Assembly: GCA_020638735.1 (NCBI GenBank)
Contig: JACKHZ010000009.1
Location: 185,407-249,406, forward strand
Origin: Planctomycetota bacterium
Lineage (GTDB): Bacteria > Planctomycetota > UBA1135 > UBA2386
Length of the DNA stretch: 64,000 bases
Direction of reading: 5' to 3'
Below are positions 18,619 to 26,580 of this stretch, piece after piece (the first letter of the stretch is position 1; each line of letters opens with the position of its first letter). Both the position numbers and the translations under genes were made by a program. The notes beneath the pieces are model-generated. The model was not told where the DNA came from. It saw only the letters and a program-made list of their open reading frames with translations, and did no database searches.

Positions 18619-20487
18619 TCAACGGCCGGCCGGCACGCCGGCGCCGGCCGACGCGCGCCACGCGTAGTCGAGGTCGACCCGCAGCGGCTGGGTGAGCAGC
18701 GGCGCGAGCACGTCGAGCAACGCGGCGGCCGCCGCGGGCGGCGGCTGACCGGGACCGGCGATGGTCGCGTGCACGACGAGGTGGCCTTCGGCCTGCTCTG
18801 CGGTCATCCCGGCGAGCACGAAGCCGGTCGGCAGCGCCGCGCGCGCCGCCCCCACCGCCGACTGTGGCAGCGGCACGGCGCCGCCGACGTGGGTGCGCTG
18901 CACGAGGTGCACGACCAGCGCCAGCGTGGCCACCGTGAACGCCGTGCCGACGTGGCGCAGCCAGCCGCCTTCCCGCTGCGAACGCACGCCGACCGCCCAC
19001 AGACTGAGGCTCGCGGCGAGCACGATCGCGACCATGTTGACGACGAACAACAACATCGCGCCGTAGGCCAGCTCCCACTGGCCCGCCGCCGTCGCCAGTC
19101 CGGAGGTCGCGATCGGCGGCACCAGCGCCGCGGCGATCGCCACACCGGGCAGCGCGGCGACCAGCCCGGGCCGCGAGTTGGCGTAGGCGGCCGCGAGGCC
19201 GGAGACGAACGCCACCAGCAGGTCGCTGACCCCAGGCCAGCCGCGGGCCAGCATCTGCCCGGTCGGCGGCGGCGCCGCGTCGCCGATCCCGAGCAGCAGA
19301 CCCAGCAGCAGCGCCAGCGCGTAGGCGGTGGCGACGCCGCGCACGATCGAGCGCCACGCCAGGCCGGCGAGCCGCCGGTTGCCGTGCGCCAGCGCCAGGC
19401 CGACGCCGAGGATCGGCGTCATCAGCGGCGCGATCAGCATCGCGCCGATGATCACCGCCGCCGAGTCCTGCAGCAGGCCGAGCGCGGCGATCGCGGTGGC
19501 GAGGCTGAGCAGCGCGACGAAGTCGAAGGTCCACGCCGAGCTCGACTGCACGCGGTCGGCCAGCTCGACGCGCACTTCGCGTTCGACCTGCGGCACGACG
19601 CGCACCAGCCGTTCCTCGATCGCGCGCCGCAGCCGGCCGCCCAGCGGCAGCGCGTCGCGCAGCAGCACGACCGGCAGCTTCGTACGGCGGCACAGCCGCG
19701 CCGGCGCGGTGCCGTGGAAGCGCGGGCCGAGCATGCCGGGCCGCGGCACGCCGCACAGCACGACGTCCGCGCGCACGCGTTCGGCTGCGGCGGCGAGGCC
19801 GTCCTCGACGACGTCGGCGACCACGACTTCGCGGCCGACCTGCGGCGCGCCGTCGCCGAGCGCGCGGCGCAGCACGCGGTCGAGCACGCCGCGGCCGACG
19901 TCGCCGGCGTCGCCGCCGATGTCCGGCTCGACGTAGGCGCCGACCAGCGCGCCGTCGTGCCGGCGGGCCAGCTTCGCGGCGAACGTCACCGCCGCGCGCG
20001 GGTGCGGACCGCGGCTCGCCGCCACCAACAGCCGCGCCGGCGGCCACGTGGCGACTTCGCCGTCACCGAGCCGCACCACGGCCACCGCGCACGGCACGCG
20101 CCCGAGCAGCTCGCGGCCGAGCCGCCCGGCTACTTCGTCGCGCGGGTCGAGCTGCTGGCGCAAGACGACGAACAGCGCCGGACCGGCGGCGGTGAGCGCA
20201 GCACGCACCGAATCCACGGCGCCGAGGTCGACGTCGACGAGCTGCGCGCGCAGCCCGTCGGGGGCGACCTCCGCGGGGTCGGGATCGGCGCCACCGGCGT
20301 AGGCGAAGGCCGGATCGGCGAGCAGCGCCGCCCGCAGTTCGGCGCGCACCCGCTCGCGGCTGCGGTCGCCGCCGCCCTTCGGCACCAGCAGCGTCAGGGG
20401 TTCGTCGCGCGCTGCTGCCAGCCAGACGGCCCAACGCAGCTGCGCCGCCACCGACGCTTCGGGATCGAGCAGGACGACGGTCGCCAT
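18619..20487 (-). CDS. DUF389 (TIGR00341-like) integral membrane protein with N-terminal universal-stress-protein-like domains
   Basis: The C-terminal half has multiple TM helices with IIGAMLIAPLMTPILGVGLA and VAIAAALVPPIATSG, typical of DUF389. The N-terminal ~300 aa has an alpha/beta USP-like pattern ending in KLPVVLL. Confidence 0.75.
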   Translation of the reverse strand: MATVVLLDPEASVAAQLRWAVWLAAARDEPLTLLVPKGGGDRSRERVRAELRAALLADPAFAYAGGADPDPAEVAPDGLRAQLVDVDLGAVDSVRAALTAAGPALFVVLRQQLDPRDEVAGRLGRELLGRVPCAVAVVRLGDGEVATWPPARLLVAASRGPHPRAAVTFAAKLARRHDGALVGAYVEPDIGGDAGDVGRGVLDRVLRRALGDGAPQVGREVVVADVVEDGLAAAAERVRADVVLCGVPRPGMLGPRFHGTAPARLCRRTKLPVVLLRDALPLGGRLRRAIEERLVRVVPQVEREVRVELADRVQSSSAWTFDFVALLSLATAIAALGLLQDSAAVIIGAMLIAPLMTPILGVGLALAHGNRRLAGLAWRSIVRGVATAYALALLLGLLLGIGDAAPPPTGQMLARGWPGVSDLLVAFVSGLAAAYANSRPGLVAALPGVAIAAALVPPIATSGLATAAGQWELAYGAMLLFVVNMVAIVLAASLSLWAVGVRSQREGGWLRHVGTAFTVATLALVVHLVQRTHVGGAVPLPQSAVGAARAALPTGFVLAGMTAEQAEGHLVVHATIAGPGQPPPAAAAALLDVLAPLLTQPLRVDLDYAWRASAGAGVPAGR

Positions 20488-20538
20488 GCGCGCACCGTAG
20501 CGGCGCCGCCGGCGCCGGCGAACGGCGCAGCGCGCAGA

Positions 20539-21507
20539 TCAGCCGACGGCGAGCGCGTGGGCCAGCACGACCGGCGCCCGGCGCTCCGGCGGCCGGAACC
20601 CGGCGCCGTTCGTCGCGCCCTGCCGGTGCAGGCACTCCGCGACCCGCGCCGGCGTGCCCAGGTCGGTCCAACCGCAGGCCGGCACGACGACCACGCCGAG
20701 CTCGGCGGCGCCCGGCTGCAGCAACGCGTGCGAGAAGTCGACCGTCGACATGCTGCGGTACGCGGCCGCCAACGTCGTCGCGCAGCGCTCGGCCGCGACG
20801 AAGCACGGCGCCAACGCCGCGGTCACCGCCGGCACGTGCCGCTCGCAGAGCTGCCACAGCGACGCCGCGTGGGCCGCGCACAGCAGCGAGTTCCACACCG
20901 CGCCATCGCGCCACAGCGCCGCGGCAACGTCGCGCGGCGGCTTCTCGACGAAGCGCAGCACCGGCCGCACCGGCAGCGTGTCGCCGTGCGCCGGGTCGCC
21001 GGACACGATCCAGCCGTACTGCGACTCGGGTCCGTCGGGCGAGATCCCGAGCAGCACCGGCCGGTCGTGGCGCTCGTCGACGCCGTAGAAGGCCTTTCGC
21101 AACGCCGTCAGCGCCACCTCCGGCGCGTCGAACCAGTGATCGCTCGGCATCAGCGCCAGCCGTCCACGCGGGTCGCGGCGCTGCACCTCGCCGACCGCCA
21201 ACAGCACCGCCGGCGCCGTGCCGCGCGGCTGCGGTTGCACCAGCACGTTCTCGTGCGGCAGCGGCGCCAGCTGCTCCTCGAACCACACTTCGTGTCCGGC
21301 GGTCACCACCGCCAGCACCCGGTCGCGCGCAGTCACGGCGAACGCGCGCTCCAGCGTCTGCTCGAGCAGGCTCGGCCCGCCGCGCAGCGAGCAGAACTGC
21401 TTCGGCACGACGACGCCGTCGACACCTCGCGTCAGACTGCCGAGCCGCTCACCGGCGCCGCCGGCGAGCACCACGACCCACGGAGCTCGATCGAGGACCA
21501 CCCACAC
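20539..21507 (-). CDS. Sugar-1-phosphate nucleotidyltransferase (mannose-1-phosphate guanylyltransferase-like)
   Basis: VVVLAGGAGERLGSLTR (GGxGxRL motif), PKQFCSL, LMPSDHWF, YGWI. No C-terminal isomerase/cupin part is evident. Confidence 0.75.
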   Translation of the reverse strand: MWVVLDRAPWVVVLAGGAGERLGSLTRGVDGVVVPKQFCSLRGGPSLLEQTLERAFAVTARDRVLAVVTAGHEVWFEEQLAPLPHENVLVQPQPRGTAPAVLLAVGEVQRRDPRGRLALMPSDHWFDAPEVALTALRKAFYGVDERHDRPVLLGISPDGPESQYGWIVSGDPAHGDTLPVRPVLRFVEKPPRDVAAALWRDGAVWNSLLCAAHAASLWQLCERHVPAVTAALAPCFVAAERCATTLAAAYRSMSTVDFSHALLQPGAAELGVVVVPACGWTDLGTPARVAECLHRQGATNGAGFRPPERRAPVVLAHALAVG

Positions 21508-21699
21508 CTCCGGATGTGAAGGCGCCGGCTGACGACGTGACGCGACGGCCGGCGACGTCGCGTCCGCTCCCGCAGTGCCCTGCCCGCGGCAAGTGTCGCC
21601 GGGCGACGGCGGCGGCGAAAGCCCCGTCGCGGGAGACGATCCGCAACGAACGGCGCACGCGCATGCTCCCGCCGCCGACGCGTCGCCCGCGCACCCCGG

Positions 21700-23874
21700 T
21701 CAGGGCAGGAAGCGCGACAGCCGCGCGCCGAGCGCGGTGGTCGCGAACATCGGCAGCTTCGACCACAAGCGGCGCGGCAGCGCGAGCTTCGGGTTGCTCG
21801 GGTGGAACTCGGGCAGCTTGGCGCCGTCGCCGAGCAGCAGGTACTGGTAGTGCAGCGGCTCCGCCGTGAAGCCCATGTTGACCTTGAACTTCGCCGGGCC
21901 CGAATCGATGCGGCTGCGGCCGAAGTCGAAGCGGCGATAACCGTTCTCCACCGCCCACTCCATGATCGCGCAGTAGATGAAGTTGTTGACGCCGGTGTGG
22001 TTCACGTCCGGCAGCGAGCCGGAGTAGTAGGCGTAGACGGTGTCCCTGAAGGTGAACGACATCACCGCGGCGATGGTCCGGCCCGACGGCTCGACGGCGC
22101 GGTGGATCACCGCCGCCTTGCCGAACTCGTCGGCCAGCGCCTGGAACCAACGCCGCGGCAGCGTCGGCGAGCCGAGCCGCCGCTTGTTGTCGGCGAACAG
22201 GCGGAACAGCTCGTCGACCGAGCCGTCGTCGGTCACCCGGATGCCGAACGTCTCGCGGGTCTTGTCGGTGGCGGCGGCCTTCGCGTCGCGCGCGGCGCGG
22301 ATCTCCGCGCGGCGCTTCTTCGGGATGCGCGCCATGACGTCGGCCGGGTCGTCGGGCAGGTCGCAGCGGAACGTCACGTAGAGCGGCGACTCCGGCAGGT
22401 CGCCGGGACGCGTCTCCAGGTGCCGCAGCTCGACGAAGCCGACACCGAGCTCCCTGCCGAGCTCGCCGGCGCGTTCGAGCAGCGCCCGGTGCGTACGCTC
22501 GTCGTCGGCCAGCACGCCGCCGTAGACGCTGTACGGCACGCTGACGAGGTTCTTGCCGAGGAACGGGCTCTTGGTCAGGAACAGCGGCAGCACGCCGAGC
22601 CAACGCCGACCCTGCTCGACCACCAGGTGATGCGGCTGGTGGTGGAACATCTCACCGACGGCGCGCGACCAGCCGGTCCGGTGGAAGAACGTGCCGAGCG
22701 GGTGACGCGCGACGTAGGCGTCCCAGCGCGCGTCCTCGCCGGGCAGCAGCGCGCGCACGCGCAGCGGCGTCTCGGCGGCTGGCTCGGCCGGCGTCGCCGC
22801 GGGCGGCGGCGCGGCGGCGAGTTCCTCGGCGGCGAGTTCCTCCTCGGCGGGCGCATCGGCGCCGCTGGCGGCCAGCGTCTCGGCGCCGTCGACGATCTCG
22901 TCGACCTTGTAGTCGCGCAGGTTCGGCGCCTGCGTGAAGATGATGATCTCGCCGATCAGGCCGAAGCCGATCAGCTGCACGCCGAACGCGGCGAGGATCG
23001 CGCCGATGACGAACGCCGGCTTGTCGGCCAGCGACTTGTCGTTGACCAGCCGTTCGTAGAGGTAGTAGAGCGCGACCGGCGCGCCGACGACGATCGCGGC
23101 GAAGCCGAGGTAGCCGAAGAAGCGCAGCGGCCGCTGCGTGAACCGCGTGAGGAAGGTGATCGCGAGGATGTCGAGCAGCCGGCGCAGGTAGACGCCGACG
23201 CCGTAGAACCCCGAACGGCCCTTCTCCTCGCGGTGGCGGACGCGCACCTCGACGACGCGGAAGCCCTGCCGCGCCGCCAGCACCGGCAGGAAGCGGTAGA
23301 GCTCGCCGTAGACCGCGACCTCCTCGAGCACCTGGCGGCGGAAGCCGCGCGTGCCGGAGTTCAGGTCGTGGAACGGCGCGTTCATGATCACCCGCAGCAC
23401 GCTGTTGAACAGCCGCGACTGCAGCTGGTTGAGCCACGGGTCGACGCGGCGATCGCGCCACGTCGCGACGCAGTCGGCGCCGGCCTCGAGCGCGTGCACG
23501 ACGTCGATGATGTCGTCCGGCTCGATCTGCAGGTACGGCGGCGCGTTGACGACGAGGTCGCCGCCGGCCTTGGCGACGCCGGCCGACAGCGCGATCGACT
23601 CGCCGAGGCCGCCGCCCTCCAGGCTGACGATGCGCAGCGTCCAGCTGCGACCGAGGTCGCTCAACTCCTCGGCGAAGCGACCGACCGGGCCGTCGAGCAC
23701 GATCACGAACTCGCAGCGATAGCCGCCGCGCAGCAGCGCGGAGCCGAAGCCCTCGACGATCTCGCGCGGGTGGGCGTCGGGCGACGTGATGGCGATCACC
23801 ACCGAGACCAGGGGGCCCGGGTGGAACTTCGGCGTGGCCGGGGCGGCCGGCGCGGCGCTCGGCGGGCCGTTCAC
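21700..23874 (-). CDS. Fusion protein: degenerate GT2 (GtrB/DPM1-like) domain, 2 TM helices, FemAB/CelD-like GNAT-fold domain
   Basis: GTG at 23874 overlaps the upstream stop (GTGA at 23871-23874), in the frame of ORF 21700..24831. The GT2 fold is recognisable, but the DxD position reads NAPPYLQIEPDD. TM helices RFFGYLGFAAIVVGAPVALYYL and AFVIGAILAAFGVQLIGFGLIG. Ala/Pro/Glu linker. The C-terminal ~350 aa has FemAB/PEP-CTERM-associated-type motifs (FFHRTGW..., SVPYSVYGG, YYSGS, FDFGRS). Confidence 0.75.
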   Translation of the reverse strand: MNGPPSAAPAAPATPKFHPGPLVSVVIAITSPDAHPREIVEGFGSALLRGGYRCEFVIVLDGPVGRFAEELSDLGRSWTLRIVSLEGGGLGESIALSAGVAKAGGDLVVNAPPYLQIEPDDIIDVVHALEAGADCVATWRDRRVDPWLNQLQSRLFNSVLRVIMNAPFHDLNSGTRGFRRQVLEEVAVYGELYRFLPVLAARQGFRVVEVRVRHREEKGRSGFYGVGVYLRRLLDILAITFLTRFTQRPLRFFGYLGFAAIVVGAPVALYYLYERLVNDKSLADKPAFVIGAILAAFGVQLIGFGLIGEIIIFTQAPNLRDYKVDEIVDGAETLAASGADAPAEEELAAEELAAAPPPAATPAEPAAETPLRVRALLPGEDARWDAYVARHPLGTFFHRTGWSRAVGEMFHHQPHHLVVEQGRRWLGVLPLFLTKSPFLGKNLVSVPYSVYGGVLADDERTHRALLERAGELGRELGVGFVELRHLETRPGDLPESPLYVTFRCDLPDDPADVMARIPKKRRAEIRAARDAKAAATDKTRETFGIRVTDDGSVDELFRLFADNKRRLGSPTLPRRWFQALADEFGKAAVIHRAVEPSGRTIAAVMSFTFRDTVYAYYSGSLPDVNHTGVNNFIYCAIMEWAVENGYRRFDFGRSRIDSGPAKFKVNMGFTAEPLHYQYLLLGDGAKLPEFHPSNPKLALPRRLWSKLPMFATTALGARLSRFLP

Positions 23875-24950
23875 CGGCTCGCCTCCCGCGCCGTGACCGA
23901 GATCCGCTGCCGGAAGAACTTGGACACCTTGATCTGCAGCTCGGCCAGGAACCCGAGCAGGAACACGTTCATCGCGAACAGCAGCGCGACGCTGCCGGCC
24001 GCGACCGCGGCCATGTCGTAGTCGCCGAACAGCAGCCACTGCCCTTCGCGCGTGACCTTGACGAAGCCGAGCGCGAACATCAACGGCGCGAGCACGAACA
24101 GCGGCAGCGACAGCAGCGTGAACCAGCGGATCGGATGCGCCGCGAACTGGATCAGCATCTTGATGCCGACCAGGTCGGCGAGCACGCGGAAGATGCGACC
24201 GAGCCCGTACTTCGACTGGCCGGCGCGACGCGCGTGGTGGCGCACCGGCACCTCGGTGATGCGCGCGCCGATGCCGGCGCCGAGCGCGGCGAGGAAGCGG
24301 TGCATGTCGGAGTAGAGGTGCAGGCTGCGCACCACCCAGCCGCGGTAGACCTTCAGCGAGCAGCCGGTGTCGTGGATGCGCGCGCCGGTGACGCGGGCGA
24401 TCAGGAAGTTGGCGATCTTCGACGGCAAGAGGCGCGTCGCGACGCGGTCCTGCCGGTGACGGCGCCAGCCGCAGACGACGTCGTAGCCTTCGTCGAGCTT
24501 GTCGACGAGGCGACCGATGTCGGCCGGATCGTTCTGCAGGTCGCCGTCCATCGACACGATCGTGCGGCCGCGCGCCGCGCGGAAGCCTGCGGCCATCGCC
24601 GCCGTCTGGCCGTAGTTGCGGCGGAACAGCACGACGCGCAGGTGCGGATCCGCGGCCGCGAGGCGCCGCATGACGTCGCGCGAACCGTCGGTGCTGCCGT
24701 CGTCCACCAGCAGGATCTCGTAGCTGCGACCGAGGCCTGCCAGCGAGAACGACAGCGCCTCGTGCAGCGGCACGATGTTGTCCCGCTCGTTGTAGATCGG
24801 CACCACGACGCTGACGCTGGGCACGCTGCACAGCGCGCCGGCGACGGCGTTGGATCGATCGGACGACGAGGCGGAGGAGGTCACGGCGGGAGCAGGATAG
24901 TGCGCGGCGAACGGAGGTTGTGCGAGCGATTCCTTCGGCTCAGGAAGCAC
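23871..24950 (-). CDS. GT2 polyprenyl-phosphate glycosyltransferase (GtrB/ArnC/DPM1-like)
   Basis: VSVVVPIYNERDNI, LLVDDGSTDGS, MDGDLQNDP (intact DxD), CGWRRHRQD, and two C-terminal TM helices. Confidence 0.85.
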   Translation of the reverse strand: MLPEPKESLAQPPFAAHYPAPAVTSSASSSDRSNAVAGALCSVPSVSVVVPIYNERDNIVPLHEALSFSLAGLGRSYEILLVDDGSTDGSRDVMRRLAAADPHLRVVLFRRNYGQTAAMAAGFRAARGRTIVSMDGDLQNDPADIGRLVDKLDEGYDVVCGWRRHRQDRVATRLLPSKIANFLIARVTGARIHDTGCSLKVYRGWVVRSLHLYSDMHRFLAALGAGIGARITEVPVRHHARRAGQSKYGLGRIFRVLADLVGIKMLIQFAAHPIRWFTLLSLPLFVLAPLMFALGFVKVTREGQWLLFGDYDMAAVAAGSVALLFAMNVFLLGFLAELQIKVSKFFRQRISVTAREASR

Positions 24951-25332
24951 CGCAGGTGGTCAGCAGCGAACTGAGCAACGCGGCGGTCACGACCGCGAGC
25001 GCGGAGATGAGGATCGCCGCGCCCCACCGTCGTGAGCGCGCCGGGCGCGGGCCCTCGAGCACCTTGGCGAAGTGACCCGGCAACGCGCGCTCGGCGGCGT
25101 CCAGCTCGCCGCGTTCGATGTGACGCAGCGCCGACCGCACCTGACCGGGCAGCCGCGCCAGGATCTCGTCGCGGCCGAGGTCGGCGACCGTCAGGCCCTT
25201 GAACTCGCGCAGCAGCCGCACCTCGGGCGGCGGACCGCCCGGACCGTCGAGCGGCCCCTGCACCGCGCGCAGCCGCGGACCGGCGGCGCCGCTGCCATGG
25301 GCCTCGTCCGGCTCGTCGGTTTCCCCTGTCAC
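24940..25332 (-). CDS. Small tail-anchored membrane protein, hypothetical
   Basis: Last 131 codons of ORF 24940..26466, with a candidate GTG at 25332. Normal composition (LLREFKGLTVADLGRDEILARLP...) and a C-terminal TM helix AAILISALAVVTAALLSSLL. It overlaps the GT2 start by 11 nt. The upstream part of the ORF is antisense to the kinase-like gene. Confidence 0.4.
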   Translation of the reverse strand: MTGETDEPDEAHGSGAAGPRLRAVQGPLDGPGGPPPEVRLLREFKGLTVADLGRDEILARLPGQVRSALRHIERGELDAAERALPGHFAKVLEGPRPARSRRWGAAILISALAVVTAALLSSLLTTCGAS

Positions 25333-25500
25333 GGCCCGCTCTATCGACCGCGCAGCGCGCCGCCCTGGAGCGGCCGCGGCGCCCCGCGAGCCATCCCCAA
25401 CGGCAGGTATGATGACACCGGACGCGTCGGCGGATAGCCTGCGCGCACAAGCAGTTCCGCAAGCGCCCGACCGGACTTGCGAAGCCTCAACGCAACCTCC

Positions 25501-26535
25501 ATGGATCGGTCCGTGCGCATCGCCGTCGTCGGCCCCGTCGACGAACGGCTGGTCGGCGACCTGCGGCAGCTGCCGCTGCAGCCGGAGGTGCGCCCGATGC
25601 CGACCCTGCTCGGCGACGGCGAGGCGCTGCTGCGCTACCAGCCGGACCTGCTGCTGATCGCGTTCGGGCCGCGCCCCGACGAGGACGTCGGCGCCGCGCG
25701 GCTGCTGCAGCGCATGTGGCCGGCGCTCGGCGTCGTGGTCGTGGCCCGCCCCGACCAGGAGCTGGCCGCGGCGCCGGTGGCGCGCCGCCTCAACGCGCGG
25801 GTGCTGCTGTATCCCGACGCCCCCGGCCACGTCGCGGCGACGATCGAGCAGGTCCTGCAGGGCAGCGACCGGCCGCGCCCCGAGCTGTTCGTCGACCTCG
25901 CGCACGGCCTCGCCGACGAGATCAACAACCCGCTGATGTTCGCCTCGGGCCACCTGCAGCTGCTGCGCGCCGCGCTCGATCCGCAGCGCGACCGCGACCG
26001 CCGCGACCAGGTCGACGCGGCGCTGGCCGGGCTCGATCGCATCCACACCTCGGTCGAACGGCTGCGCCGCCTGTCGCAGGCCGCCGACGGCCCCCGCCGC
26101 CGCGAGCCCGTCGACGTCGCGCAGCTGATCGCCGAGGCGATCGCGGCGCGCACGCCGGGCACGCCGACCGCGACCATCGCGCTGCCGCACGGCGCGCAGG
26201 TGGTGAACGGCGACCGCGAGCAGCTGCAGCTGGCGATGGCGGCGATGGTGCGCTTCGCCGACGAGCTCGCCGGCCTCGACACCGACTGCCACCTGTCGCT
26301 GCAGCAGGAAGGCCACGCGCTGCGGCTGCGGCTGGTCGCGCGCGGCCAGGGCCTCGCCGGCTGGCGCCTGCCGCAGACCTTCGAGCCGTTCTACCCGCAG
26401 CGCGCGCTGCGCGGCCAGAGCCACGGCCTCGGCCTGTTCCTGCTGCAGACGGTGATCCTCGGCCACAAGGGTCAGGCCACCGCGCGGCGCACGCCGGACG
26501 GCGCGCTGCAGTTCGACTTCCTGCTGCCGAGCTGA
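25501..26535 (+). CDS. Receiver-like domain fused to a HisKA domain and a degenerate HATPase-like domain
   Basis: ATG at 25501. The receiver-like N-terminus lacks the acceptor Asp (PDLLLIAFGP). The H-box is LAHGLADEINNPL. The C-terminal part keeps FEPFYP...GHGLGLFL, but the N-box and DxGxG positions are changed (MVRFADE, VARGQGL). Confidence 0.7.
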   Translation: MDRSVRIAVVGPVDERLVGDLRQLPLQPEVRPMPTLLGDGEALLRYQPDLLLIAFGPRPDEDVGAARLLQRMWPALGVVVVARPDQELAAAPVARRLNARVLLYPDAPGHVAATIEQVLQGSDRPRPELFVDLAHGLADEINNPLMFASGHLQLLRAALDPQRDRDRRDQVDAALAGLDRIHTSVERLRRLSQAADGPRRREPVDVAQLIAEAIAARTPGTPTATIALPHGAQVVNGDREQLQLAMAAMVRFADELAGLDTDCHLSLQQEGHALRLRLVARGQGLAGWRLPQTFEPFYPQRALRGQSHGLGLFLLQTVILGHKGQATARRTPDGALQFDFLLPS

Positions 26536-26580
26536 CGTCGCCGATCGGAGCCCGCCGCTCGCGGCGGACTCCGCCGTCGG

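Noticed and set aside
23875-24831. N-terminal 319 codons of ORF 21700..24831, which would make a 1043-aa GT2-FemAB protein.
   Set aside because: This stretch overlaps, in another frame, the well-supported upstream GT2 gene (23871-24950) and is Arg/Ala/Gly-rich. A GTG at 23874 forming a GTGA overlap with the upstream stop gives a sensible start just before the GT2 fold begins.
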